From: an uncultured Clostridia bacterium
GTDB lineage: Bacteria; Bacillota; Clostridia; Christensenellales; UBA1242
Length of the DNA: 64,000 nucleotides
Assembly (NCBI GenBank): GCA_944377165.1
Contig: CALWEJ010000002.1
Coordinates: forward strand, 2,912-66,911
Direction: 5' to 3'
Below, piece after piece: positions 7,491 through 16,704 of the stretch. The stretch's first letter is position 1, and each line of letters opens with the position of its first letter. The position numbers and the translations under genes were made by a program. The notes under the pieces were generated by a model. The model searched no databases. It saw only the letters and a list, made by a program, of their open reading frames with translations, and had not been told where the DNA came from.

Positions 7491-10400
7491 CAAACTTTGA
7501 ATATTTAAAAGAGTTAAAAGATTTTAAAGAATTGTATGACTTTTGTGATACGAGCGAGTCTTTTGTTTTGTCACGACCTGACATTTCAGCAAGTTACAGC
7601 AGAAAAGCACTAGAATATCTTGTAAAAACAATTTACATGATAAAGCTTAACTATGTGCCACAAAATGCCACATTGTTTGAATTGGTTGACAACTATATGT
7701 TTGCCTCATTTGTTTCGGATAAAGAAACTATTGCCTCACTTCACTTTATCAGAAAAATAGGTAATAATGCAGTTCATAATGTAAAAACAACAAAAGCACA
7801 AGCACTTGCTTGTCTAGAAAACTTACATTTCTTTGTTGGAGAAATATTGATAAGCCTTGGCGTTATAAAAGATTATCCACCTTTTGATAAGTCATTGATT
7901 ATCCCACAAAAAGAAACAAAAACAACCTCACTACCATCGCAAGATATTGTTATAAATCCAGATGATGTATCAAAATATAAAGATAAAATTAAAAGCGATA
8001 CAGTTCTTCAAATTAAAAGAACTATGCCCGAAGCTGAAACAAGAAAACTTTATATTGATTGCTGGTTGCAAGAAGCTGGTTGGGATGTTTTAACTATTGA
8101 AAACCAAAAACTTCCAGCAAAAGCAGGAATTGAAATTGAAGTCCACGGAATGCCAAACGATAAAGGTATTGGCTTCTGCGATTATGTATTATTTGGTAGA
8201 GATGGAAAACCTCTTGCTGTCGTTGAAGCAAAGAAGAAAGATGTTAATCCAATTAAAGGCGAAAATCAGGCTCAATTGTATGCTAACTGTCTTGAAAAAG
8301 AGTATGGCGTTAGACCTGTTGTTTATTACACAAATGGATATGAAACTAAGATCATTGATGGCTTGGGTTATCCATCAAGAACAATCTATGGCTTCCATAC
8401 TATTGATGAACTTGAAGCCCTAGTTCAAAAGCAAGGAAAACGAGAAATAACAGACTTTAATGTTGATACCAATATAGCAGGCAGACCATACCAAATTATG
8501 GCAATTAGAAGCGTTTGTGACCATTTTAACAAGATGAATCGTAAAGCTTTAATTGTTATGGCAACAGGTACAGGAAAAACAAGAGTTTCAATTGCTCTTG
8601 TAGATATTTTGAAAAGAAATAACTTTATTAAAAATGTTTTATTCCTTGCTGACCGTATTGAACTTGTAAATCAGGCGAAGAAAAACTTTGTTAAGTTGAT
8701 GCCATCTGAATCTGTTTGCGTTTTATCTGATAAATCAGCAAAGAAAGATTTAGATGCAAGACTTGTCTTCTCGACTTATCAAACAATTATTAACTACATA
8801 GATAACGATAAAAAGACATTTGGAATCGGCAGATTTGACCTGATTATTATTGATGAAGCACATAGATCAATCTTCAATAAATACAGGGCAATCTTCCACT
8901 ATTTTGACAGCCTTTTGGTTGGTCTTACAGCAACACCTCGTAATGAAATTGACAAAAATACATATACAACATTTGGACTTGATGATGGTATTCCAAACTT
9001 CCATTATGAGTTGGATGAAGCAGTTAAAGATAGATATTTAGTAAGCTACAATGTTTACGATAGAACTTCAGAAATAATGAAGCGTGGCTTCAAATATTCA
9101 GATTTATCGCCTGAAGAAATCGCTGAAATTGAAACTGAATACGCAATCACAATGGATGGCGAATATAACCTTGACTACGATGTTCTTGGAGAAGATAAAC
9201 AAGTTTCAGGAAATCAATTATTTAAAAAGTTCTATAACCGTGACACAATTAAAAAGGTTCTAAAAGAACTAATGCGTGATGGATTAAAGGTAAATAGTGG
9301 CGAAAATATTGGTAAAACAATTGTGTTTGCACCAAACCACAAAACAGCCGAAATGGTTGTTGAAGAATTTAAAAAATTATATCCACAATACGGTAATGAT
9401 TATTGTGCGCTTATTGATAACTATGTTACATACGCAAGCAACTTAATAGAAAGATTTGGGACGAGAGATAAGTTGCCACAAATCGCAGTTTCAGTTGATA
9501 TGCTTGATACAGGTATTGATGTGCCTGATGTGTTAAACTTGGTTTTCTTCAGAGCAGTAAAATCAAAAATTAAATTCTTACAAATGATTGGCAGAGGTAC
9601 AAGATTATGTGAAAATATTAGAGTATTCTCCCCATCTAGGGATTTCTTTGAGGGTAGAATCTCTGAACCTGATATGAATTATCAACAAGATAAACAAGGT
9701 TTCTATATCTTTGATTATTGCGATAATTTTAGATTCTTTGATAATTTCAAGGAAAAAGCAACAGGTAAACAATCACTAAACCTTACACAAAGAATTTTTA
9801 ATATGAAATCAGAATTGATATTTGGCTTACAAGCACTTGAATATCAACGAGATAATTTCTGCGTAAATTATAGAAATTCTTTAATTAAACAAGTCAGAGC
9901 TGATGTAAATAAACTAAGCCCAATGCAAATTTTAGTTAAAGAAAGTTTGCAATATGTAGATAAATTTAAGGCAGATGAAACTTGGCAATATCTATCAAAA
10001 CTAGATTTACAAGAATTAAAAGCTCATATCACTGAACTTGTTTCACCTAATGCTGATGATGAATTAGCGAAAATATTTGATTTAAAGATTTTGAATATTG
10101 AGGTGTCTTTAATTGATAAATCTCAAGATTCTACAAAGAGCCAAAATGCAATTATTGTAATTGCACAAGCATTGTCAAATATGACTACTATCCCTCAAAT
10201 AAGACCACACATGGATACTATCATTAAACTTCAAACAAGAGAGTTTTGGGATAACATAACAATTGAAATTCTTGAAGATTTAAGAAAAGAACTTCGTGAT
10301 CTTATAAAGTTTATACCTGACGGAGAAAAATCAAAAGTTTATGTAATAGACATCAATGATACTATTACTGACAATGGTAATCGTGCTGGTGTAAACATTG

Positions 10401-10861
10401 CAGGAATGAAAACCTACGAACAAAAAGTTATTGATTACCTTGCAGAAAATAGTGATAAAGAAGTAATTCAAAAAATCAAAAATCTTGAAAAGATAAATGC
10501 AAACGATTTGAAAGAACTTGAAAATATCCTTTGGAATGAGCTTGGAACAAAAGAAGATTATTTCAAGTTTACCGAAAAAGAAAACTTAGCTGTATTTGTA
10601 AGATCTATTGTTGGTTTAGAACAGCAAGCAATCAACTTGAAGTTTGGACAATTCCTTGCAGAAAATGTCTTAAATTCAAGACAACAAGAATTTGTTAAAA
10701 CAATCATTAGTTATGTTAGAGAAAATGGAGATGTTACATTTGATAACCTTGTTAATAGTAGTCCATTTGATAACATTGACATAATTAGAATGTTTGGAGA
10801 TAAAATATATATCGTTCAAAAGATTGTTGAACAATTACATGGAGCAGTAATGTGTGCTTAA
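7487..10861 (+). CDS. hsdR: Type I restriction enzyme R subunit
   Basis: Has an N-terminal DUF4145-like FIRKIGNNAVH and a PD-(D/E)xK nuclease motif (CDYVLF...AVVEAKK). SF2 helicase motifs MATGTGKT and IIIDEAHRS are present, with a long C-terminal domain. Confidence 0.9.
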   Translation: MTNFEYLKELKDFKELYDFCDTSESFVLSRPDISASYSRKALEYLVKTIYMIKLNYVPQNATLFELVDNYMFASFVSDKETIASLHFIRKIGNNAVHNVKTTKAQALACLENLHFFVGEILISLGVIKDYPPFDKSLIIPQKETKTTSLPSQDIVINPDDVSKYKDKIKSDTVLQIKRTMPEAETRKLYIDCWLQEAGWDVLTIENQKLPAKAGIEIEVHGMPNDKGIGFCDYVLFGRDGKPLAVVEAKKKDVNPIKGENQAQLYANCLEKEYGVRPVVYYTNGYETKIIDGLGYPSRTIYGFHTIDELEALVQKQGKREITDFNVDTNIAGRPYQIMAIRSVCDHFNKMNRKALIVMATGTGKTRVSIALVDILKRNNFIKNVLFLADRIELVNQAKKNFVKLMPSESVCVLSDKSAKKDLDARLVFSTYQTIINYIDNDKKTFGIGRFDLIIIDEAHRSIFNKYRAIFHYFDSLLVGLTATPRNEIDKNTYTTFGLDDGIPNFHYELDEAVKDRYLVSYNVYDRTSEIMKRGFKYSDLSPEEIAEIETEYAITMDGEYNLDYDVLGEDKQVSGNQLFKKFYNRDTIKKVLKELMRDGLKVNSGENIGKTIVFAPNHKTAEMVVEEFKKLYPQYGNDYCALIDNYVTYASNLIERFGTRDKLPQIAVSVDMLDTGIDVPDVLNLVFFRAVKSKIKFLQMIGRGTRLCENIRVFSPSRDFFEGRISEPDMNYQQDKQGFYIFDYCDNFRFFDNFKEKATGKQSLNLTQRIFNMKSELIFGLQALEYQRDNFCVNYRNSLIKQVRADVNKLSPMQILVKESLQYVDKFKADETWQYLSKLDLQELKAHITELVSPNADDELAKIFDLKILNIEVSLIDKSQDSTKSQNAIIVIAQALSNMTTIPQIRPHMDTIIKLQTREFWDNITIEILEDLRKELRDLIKFIPDGEKSKVYVIDINDTITDNGNRAGVNIAGMKTYEQKVIDYLAENSDKEVIQKIKNLEKINANDLKELENILWNELGTKEDYFKFTEKENLAVFVRSIVGLEQQAINLKFGQFLAENVLNSRQQEFVKTIISYVRENGDVTFDNLVNSSPFDNIDIIRMFGDKIYIVQKIVEQLHGAVMCA

Positions 10862-10867
10862 TATTTA

Positions 10868-10906
10868 AACACTCAATCATAATGATTGGGTGTTTTTCTT
10901 TTTTAT
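10868..10906 (+). terminator. Rho-independent terminator after hsdR
   Basis: AACACTCAATCAT/AATGATTGGGTGTT hairpin followed by a T-rich run. Confidence 0.7.
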
Positions 10907-11009
10907 ATTATTAAAAACGGATTTCAAGAGTTTATAAGTTAAAAACTTTGTCGAAATCCCAACACAATATCAAACTATATGCTATAATACTTCTATAAGG
11001 AAAATAAGT

Positions 11010-12197
11010 ATGAGTTTTTTTGATGACGATGATTTTTATTCAAGTGACCCCGCCGAAAGAGATATGTATAGCAAAATAAGAACTGAAAAGCGAATTAAAA
11101 GAAAAATTCAAAAACAAAAAGCTATTAAGAAAAGAAATAAAACATATCTCAAAGGAAGACGAGGTGTTAGACTTTATTATGACATAACAAAGAGAGATGT
11201 TCCTAAAGACGCTAATGCCCCGGATTATGGTATGATTTATGACGAATCTATTGGTAGATATAGATATACAGATTATGATATCGAAGATGAGGATGAAGAT
11301 GATGATTTTTATGAAAATTTAGGAAAAAGTAAGCCTGTGGAAAGGGTTTTGTGTAAAACTCCACCATTAGAAGATTATGAAGAATGGACCGATGATGACG
11401 AAGAAGATGAATATGAAGGATTTGATGAGGATTATGCTCAAGATATAGATGATTTTAAAAATCCCGAAAGACAAATCAAATGTGTATTTAAGCAAAAATT
11501 AAGAAGAGATAAATTATTTGGATATTTAAAATACCTTAAAGGTAGAAAAGTTTTAAATAGAGATTTGGCATGGAAATTTGCAGTAACAAAAAGAACAATA
11601 CAGTCAGATTTAAGATGGCTTGAGAATAATGGTTTTATTGTAACCCAGAAGAACAAAACATATAAAGGAAAACAAACTAAAAACTCATACATAGTTAATC
11701 TTGAAAAAAGAAAAGGGTTACCATGTGAAGATACTCGGTTGGGTATTGTTATTATTGCAAAGCAAGATAATGAATATTATGTTTTAGCAAAAACAAATTA
11801 CAAATCTAAAGATGAGAATCCTAAAAGATTTATTCCAATTAAAGAATGTTATTTTAAATTGCCACAAACTCAATTAAAAGTAGAAAGCAGGATTGAACAT
11901 AAATCTAATTTATTAGTTTCCAAATTGTTTGAAACAAATATAGAAGATAAATTTCAAGGACATGTTTATACAACTAGATTTATTAAGATAAAAAAGTATA
12001 GAGATGATATGTATAAATGGGTTGTTGAAAAAAGTTCTGTGAAAATACTCTACTCAATGTATGTTGTTGACAACTTAAATCAAATCCCTGTAGGATATAA
12101 GTGGATCAAGTTAAAAACAGCAAACCGATATTTTACTCAAACCATAGATAACAAATGTCTTAATAAAGTAAAACTATGTTGGGGTGAAATAAAATGA
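11010..12197 (+). CDS. Hypothetical protein: highly acidic N-terminal region plus a winged-helix HTH (DeoR-like)
   Basis: D/E tracts DIEDEDEDDDFYE and WTDDDEEDEYEGFDEDYAQDIDDF. HTH-like RKVLNRDLAWKFAVTKRTIQSDLRWLENNGFI. May be a replication or regulatory protein of the element. Confidence 0.6.
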   Translation: MSFFDDDDFYSSDPAERDMYSKIRTEKRIKRKIQKQKAIKKRNKTYLKGRRGVRLYYDITKRDVPKDANAPDYGMIYDESIGRYRYTDYDIEDEDEDDDFYENLGKSKPVERVLCKTPPLEDYEEWTDDDEEDEYEGFDEDYAQDIDDFKNPERQIKCVFKQKLRRDKLFGYLKYLKGRKVLNRDLAWKFAVTKRTIQSDLRWLENNGFIVTQKNKTYKGKQTKNSYIVNLEKRKGLPCEDTRLGIVIIAKQDNEYYVLAKTNYKSKDENPKRFIPIKECYFKLPQTQLKVESRIEHKSNLLVSKLFETNIEDKFQGHVYTTRFIKIKKYRDDMYKWVVEKSSVKILYSMYVVDNLNQIPVGYKWIKLKTANRYFTQTIDNKCLNKVKLCWGEIK

Positions 12198-12248
12198 GTT
12201 TAATATCCATATTTTAGAAAAAATTAAAAATTTTCAAAAAATTTTTTT

Positions 12249-12274
12249 ATGCCCGTATTTACGGGCATTTTTTA
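12249..12274. terminator. Bidirectional hairpin terminator
   Basis: ATGCCCGTA-TTT-ACGGGCAT, with a T-run (TTTTTTT) on the 5' side and T6 after it. Confidence 0.65.
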
Positions 12275-12600
12275 ATTCATCAAATTACTTGAATAACAAA
12301 ATAATACAAAATATTACATAAATTCAAGGTGTAAATTCTTGAAAAAACCTAATATAGTGAAGGGGCAACAAGAAAAAACATATGTCTAACAAAGTAAAAA
12401 TTTAGTGTGCACAATTACTTAGTTGGTATAATAAATTCTTTCTTTGTTAACCTTGTAAGAGAAAGAGAAAATTATAAAAGAAAAGAGAAGTTTTTTGCGA
12501 GCTTCTTTTTTGTATGTCTGTTAATCTTCGCCTGCAGAGATTATAGATATCAAGGATTATAGAACGAAAAAATAATCAAAATAATTGGAGGAAATTAAAA

Positions 12601-12858
12601 ATGATAAAAATTAAAACGGAATTTATGACAAGAGTTAGAGATGTAGATGTAGCAAATAAATTAAATGAACAATTTAGAAAAAGCGGGTTAAAAAGTTTCA
12701 ATGAATTTATTAACCAAATACTTGAGGATTATGTTAATAGAGGATATTATTTTAATGAAATCTACGACAAAGTCCTTATTGCCGACGAATGTATGAATGC
12801 TATGCTCGATATGGTCAATAAGATTCAAAGAGATATTGATAGACAATATAATTCTTAA
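12601..12858 (+). CDS. Ribbon-helix-helix protein, probable relaxase accessory (MobC-like role)
   Basis: RBS GGAGG. An N-terminal beta-strand then helix pattern (IKTEFMTRV...SFNEFINQILEDYV). Sits directly upstream of and overlapping the relaxase ORF. Confidence 0.6.
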   Translation: MIKIKTEFMTRVRDVDVANKLNEQFRKSGLKSFNEFINQILEDYVNRGYYFNEIYDKVLIADECMNAMLDMVNKIQRDIDRQYNS

Positions 12859-14029
12859 GTGTCGGTATTATAAGCATAATTCTCAATATAAAGAAAATGA
12901 TAGAAATTTAAAACACCGCGAGTTCGTGAGTTGTCAAAATAGTTATAGTTATCTTAACTATGTTCAAACAGGAGCAACCGAAAATGCTCCGAAAGATTAT
13001 GAACAGTATATTGGCAATAGAGAAAAATCTTGTGGTGTTTTTAATGAGAAAGGATTGCTCTCTGAAGAACAACGTAAGGAATTAAGACATCAATTACAAA
13101 ATACTGAAAGTGTAATTTGGGATATTGTAATTTCTTTTCGCACAGAATTCGGAGATAGTTATTGTAGAGATTATGAACAGGCATATAACTTCTTAGTTAA
13201 GGAATTGCCAAAGTTTTTCAAGAAATGTGGATTGAATAGCAGTAATATCGTGTGGTATGCAGGCCTACACGAGAACACTGAAAACAAACATATTCACCTG
13301 TCGTTTTTTGAAAAAAAACCTAAATATTTTGCCAATGGTGGCAAGCTAAAATATCATTCGGGAAAACTACCGAAAGATGTTTTAATCGACTCAAAATTTA
13401 TATTTGAAAAAGCACTAACCAACCCCACTGCTCAACTACTAAAAGATAGAAAAGATTTATATGACAGAATTAATGTGTCTTTAGATAAAAGAACTGTTAG
13501 TAAGAAAGCAAAGAGATTGTTGTTGGAGCTTTATAGAGAGTTGCCAAAAGATGGTCGTATTGGATATGCTAGTGAGAATATGGATAATGTTAGAAAGAAG
13601 GTTGATGATGTTACGGATTATTTTTTGATGAGAAATAAGCAAATCCAAGAGTCTTATATCACATTCAAAAAGGATTGTATTTGCTTGGAAACTTGGAAGA
13701 TATCTCGTGGCTTTGAAAAAGAAAGTTCTTATATGAAAGATATGAAAAGACGACTTGGAAATCTAATTATTTTTGCTGCGCTTGATGTTGGGCATATCCA
13801 CGATGAGATTGAAAAATTGAGTATTAAAACTGCGAATTATAAAGCATATAAAAAGAAGCTTAGAGATAAAGAATGGAATAAAATTTTAAATCTCTGGAAG
13901 CAAACAACTTATGAGCACCAGCAAGAAATGGATTTCTTTATGTCTTTCCATGAGAAACTGGAAAGATACTCTAAACAGCAAAAATATGAGATGGTTAGAA
14001 GCCGAAGAAATAGAGATTTTGAGATGTAG
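12797..14029 (+). CDS. Relaxase / mobilization nuclease (MobL/MOBP-like); start codon uncertain
   Basis: Three-histidine motif LHENTENKHIHLSFF, and an N-terminal YLNYVQTGATE...GVFNEKG typical of MobL-type relaxases as I recall them. The first ATG overlaps the upstream ORF by 62 nt. Confidence 0.65.
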   Translation: MLCSIWSIRFKEILIDNIILKCRYYKHNSQYKENDRNLKHREFVSCQNSYSYLNYVQTGATENAPKDYEQYIGNREKSCGVFNEKGLLSEEQRKELRHQLQNTESVIWDIVISFRTEFGDSYCRDYEQAYNFLVKELPKFFKKCGLNSSNIVWYAGLHENTENKHIHLSFFEKKPKYFANGGKLKYHSGKLPKDVLIDSKFIFEKALTNPTAQLLKDRKDLYDRINVSLDKRTVSKKAKRLLLELYRELPKDGRIGYASENMDNVRKKVDDVTDYFLMRNKQIQESYITFKKDCICLETWKISRGFEKESSYMKDMKRRLGNLIIFAALDVGHIHDEIEKLSIKTANYKAYKKKLRDKEWNKILNLWKQTTYEHQQEMDFFMSFHEKLERYSKQQKYEMVRSRRNRDFEM

Positions 14030-14060
14030 AGAGTTATAGATTTAATAAAACAGGATAAGC

Positions 14061-14150
14061 GGAAGAAACAAATTTTCAGCAAAATCACTCTTAAATGCCC
14101 TAAATATAAGCATTTTTGAGTGATACACTTTGCTGAATTAATATTCTTCC
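14061..14150. repeat. 90-bp imperfect palindrome between relaxase and xis; candidate oriT or regulatory cruciform
   Basis: GGAAGAA(14061-67)/TTCTTCC(14144-50), TTCAGCAAA(14075-83)/TTTGCTGAA(14129-37) and TCACTC(14085-90)/GAGTGA(14118-23). Confidence 0.4.
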
Positions 14151-14281
14151 TTTATTTTACGAGAAATGGGAATGCCCATTTTCGTTTATGATGGTAAACC
14201 ATCACTTTTACATTGCTCGATGCAAGTAAATTTTAGAATTTATAGAAAGGAGAAACTGATTATGAAGGAGTATTAATTTTA

Positions 14282-14533
14282 ATGTTAAAACAAGAAGATT
14301 TACAAGCAGAGATGTTGATTTCTGCAGAAGCTAAAAGACTTGCAGATAGATATAACAAAGATTATTTAGACTGTGAGGATTTAATGAAAATTACAGGGCT
14401 TGGCAAAGGCAATGTAAGAACACTTATGAATAGATATGATTTCCCAACCACCAATGTCGGTAAGCGCAAAGTTATTAGTGTTATGGCTTTCGCAAGATGG
14501 GCTTACTTTCAAGACAACAGGAGGAAAAACTAA
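14282..14533 (+). CDS. Excisionase-family / MerR-like HTH DNA-binding protein
   Basis: 83 aa with LMKITGLGKGNVRTLMNRYDFPTTNVGKRKVISVMAFARW (HTH_17-like). The stop overlaps the integrase ATG (TAATG). Confidence 0.65.
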   Translation: MLKQEDLQAEMLISAEAKRLADRYNKDYLDCEDLMKITGLGKGNVRTLMNRYDFPTTNVGKRKVISVMAFARWAYFQDNRRKN

Positions 14534-15972
14534 TGGCTAAGAAAAGAAAAAATTCCAGAAGAGCAAATGGCGAAGGAAGCATTGTTCAAAGAAAAGATGG
14601 TCGTTGGTGTGGAGTTGTAACTCTTGGATATAAACCAGATGGAAAGATAAATAGAAAGTCAGTTTATGGGCATTCACAAGCTGAAGTTTTAGAGAAAATG
14701 AGCGTGCTAAAACATAGACTTGTAACAGGTCCACAAGTATCTTCAACAACTGCTTTGGTTGGCGAAACAATGAAAAATTGGTTAAGAATTTTCAAAAAGC
14801 CAATGGTGTCATCTCGCACATTTGAAAGCAACATTAGAACATTTAAAAATCACATTCTTCCAGCGATTGGAAATATGAAAATAAATGAAGTTAACACAAA
14901 CATTGTTCAAGCGATTTTGACCAAATCTTTGCAAGACCACAAAGGAAGGTCAAACACACCAAAGAGAATAAAGTTTTTGTTAAATCAATTTTATGAACAC
15001 TTAATTGAGCAAGGACTTGCCTATGATAATCCTACCCTAAAATGTAAAGTGAGCAATAGATATAAAAAGACATATATGGATAGCAAAGGTCAACACAAAA
15101 ACAATGAAAACTACAAAGCAATTCCTGTTGCTGAAAGAGCAAGATTTATTCGTGCACTTGATGATGGCCCAGATATTATTAAACCGCTTTCGCTTGTTAT
15201 GATGTTGGCTTCACTTCGTATTGGCGAAGCACTAGCTTTAAAATGGGAAAACATAGATTTTGAAAAAGGTGCTTTGTTTGTTGAACAAGGTTTAACCGAA
15301 GATGTTGAATTTGATAACGAACTTAACATCGTTGGCAGAAAAAATATTATTTCAAGCACTAAAACAACTTGCAGTAAACGAGCGATAAAAATGCCACAAC
15401 TAGTAATTGATGCTTTGCTACAATGGCGAAAAATACAATGGTGCAAAGAACAAGTTAAAGGCAAAACCTTAACAAAGTCCACAAACCTTGTGTTTTGCAA
15501 CGATGATGGCTCGATACGCAGTTATGATGCAACTCGTCGAGTATTTGATAGGTTTGCCAAGAAACACGGTTTTAGGCAAGAATTTGGGCTTCATTGCCAC
15601 ATGCTAAGACAAACATTCTCAAACATGCAAATTGAGAATAAAAGAAATATTAAAGATGTTCAGCATTTGCTTGGACATAAAGACGCAAAGACTACCCAAT
15701 TGCACTATAACTCAGTAATCGACCAAGAACTCGACTACGAAGGTGCAGAATTATTGGATAGTCTTTTTAATGACACAACTCTCTATGATGGTGAAGAACA
15801 TATCAAAAAAGATGTTCCTGCCTATCACATAGACAACAATACCTTTAATGAAGAAAAACTGAAAACTTATGAAGAAATGACCGATGATGAACTTGACCGA
15901 CAATATGAAGAACTTAAACGCCAACGAGAAGAACGAAGAAAGCGTAGAAAAGAAAAAGATTTCGAGATGTAA
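14533..15972 (+). CDS. Tyrosine-type site-specific integrase
   Basis: The ATG at 14533 is preceded by AGGAGG. N-terminal ANGEGSIVQRKDGRWCGVVTLGYKPDGK (SAM-like arm-binding domain). Catalytic ASLRIGEAL, HMLRQTFS and LLGHKDAKTTQLHY. Confidence 0.85.
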   Translation: MAKKRKNSRRANGEGSIVQRKDGRWCGVVTLGYKPDGKINRKSVYGHSQAEVLEKMSVLKHRLVTGPQVSSTTALVGETMKNWLRIFKKPMVSSRTFESNIRTFKNHILPAIGNMKINEVNTNIVQAILTKSLQDHKGRSNTPKRIKFLLNQFYEHLIEQGLAYDNPTLKCKVSNRYKKTYMDSKGQHKNNENYKAIPVAERARFIRALDDGPDIIKPLSLVMMLASLRIGEALALKWENIDFEKGALFVEQGLTEDVEFDNELNIVGRKNIISSTKTTCSKRAIKMPQLVIDALLQWRKIQWCKEQVKGKTLTKSTNLVFCNDDGSIRSYDATRRVFDRFAKKHGFRQEFGLHCHMLRQTFSNMQIENKRNIKDVQHLLGHKDAKTTQLHYNSVIDQELDYEGAELLDSLFNDTTLYDGEEHIKKDVPAYHIDNNTFNEEKLKTYEEMTDDELDRQYEELKRQREERRKRRKEKDFEM

Positions 15973-15994
15973 TTGTAGAAAAATATTTTTAATA

Positions 15995-16003
15995 TGTTAT
16001 AAT
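15995..16003 (+). promoter_or_regulatory. Extended -10 (TGtTATAAT) for the two-gene module
   Basis: TG at 15995-96 and TATAAT at 15998-16003, then RBS AGGTGAGG and the ATG at 16021. Confidence 0.5.
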
Positions 16004-16020
16004 GTAGGTGAGGTTGAATT

Positions 16021-16704
16021 ATGGAAGAGTTAAAAAATTTAAACAAAATATGTACAAGCAGGAAACGAGGAATTTATAAACAGTGGATATATAAAAAAGA
16101 GGATTTTATGAAGGTTTGTGATTATATGCAGAAAATAAATTACTCGATTCAAGACTTAAATAATTTAAAAAATGATTTAACCACATTTCATCCTAAAAAT
16201 GTTATATATTCGATTGTTCTTGTTGATTGGATAGTTGAAGCATTTTATAAAATATATAATTCAATAAATAATCAGATTATAGAAAAATTTGTATATAGTG
16301 ATGAAGAATTATTTATTAAAGCAACTAAATATTTTAGAGCAATAAGGTCATTTATCGTTGCTCATCCTCTATCAACAACAAGACATGATTCGTTTGGGTT
16401 TGACGGAAATTATATTTGTGTTGATATAAGAAATAATAATGGGATATTGAAGTTTAAAGGCGAAAGATTTTATTACTTATTAGACTATAATGGTTTAGAA
16501 ACAAAATACAATGAAAAATGTGATTTTTATTTGTTTTGTTATTCAGATAAAGATGATAATATGAGGTTCTTTAGAATTATAGGGTGTAATTTTGATGATA
16601 TATATAAAACAGCAAGAATTTATATAGATAAACTTTATTCTTTAGATAAGTTTTTATCTAAGCAGAAAAAGATTATATATAGTAAGGAGAATAAAGATGG
16701 ATAA
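16021..16704 (+). CDS. Hypothetical protein with a possible HEPN-like Rx5H motif
   Basis: A good RBS. FRAIRSFIVAHPLST (R-x5-H) lies in a predicted helical context. The stop overlaps the start of the next ORF. Confidence 0.6.
   Translation: MEELKNLNKICTSRKRGIYKQWIYKKEDFMKVCDYMQKINYSIQDLNNLKNDLTTFHPKNVIYSIVLVDWIVEAFYKIYNSINNQIIEKFVYSDEELFIKATKYFRAIRSFIVAHPLSTTRHDSFGFDGNYICVDIRNNNGILKFKGERFYYLLDYNGLETKYNEKCDFYLFCYSDKDDNMRFFRIIGCNFDDIYKTARIYIDKLYSLDKFLSKQKKIIYSKENKDG

Noticed and set aside
12797-12860. 62-nt overlap between the RHH gene and the relaxase ORF as evidence of programmed frameshifting
   Set aside because: No slippery heptamer was noticed. A mis-assigned relaxase start (non-canonical or downstream) is more likely.
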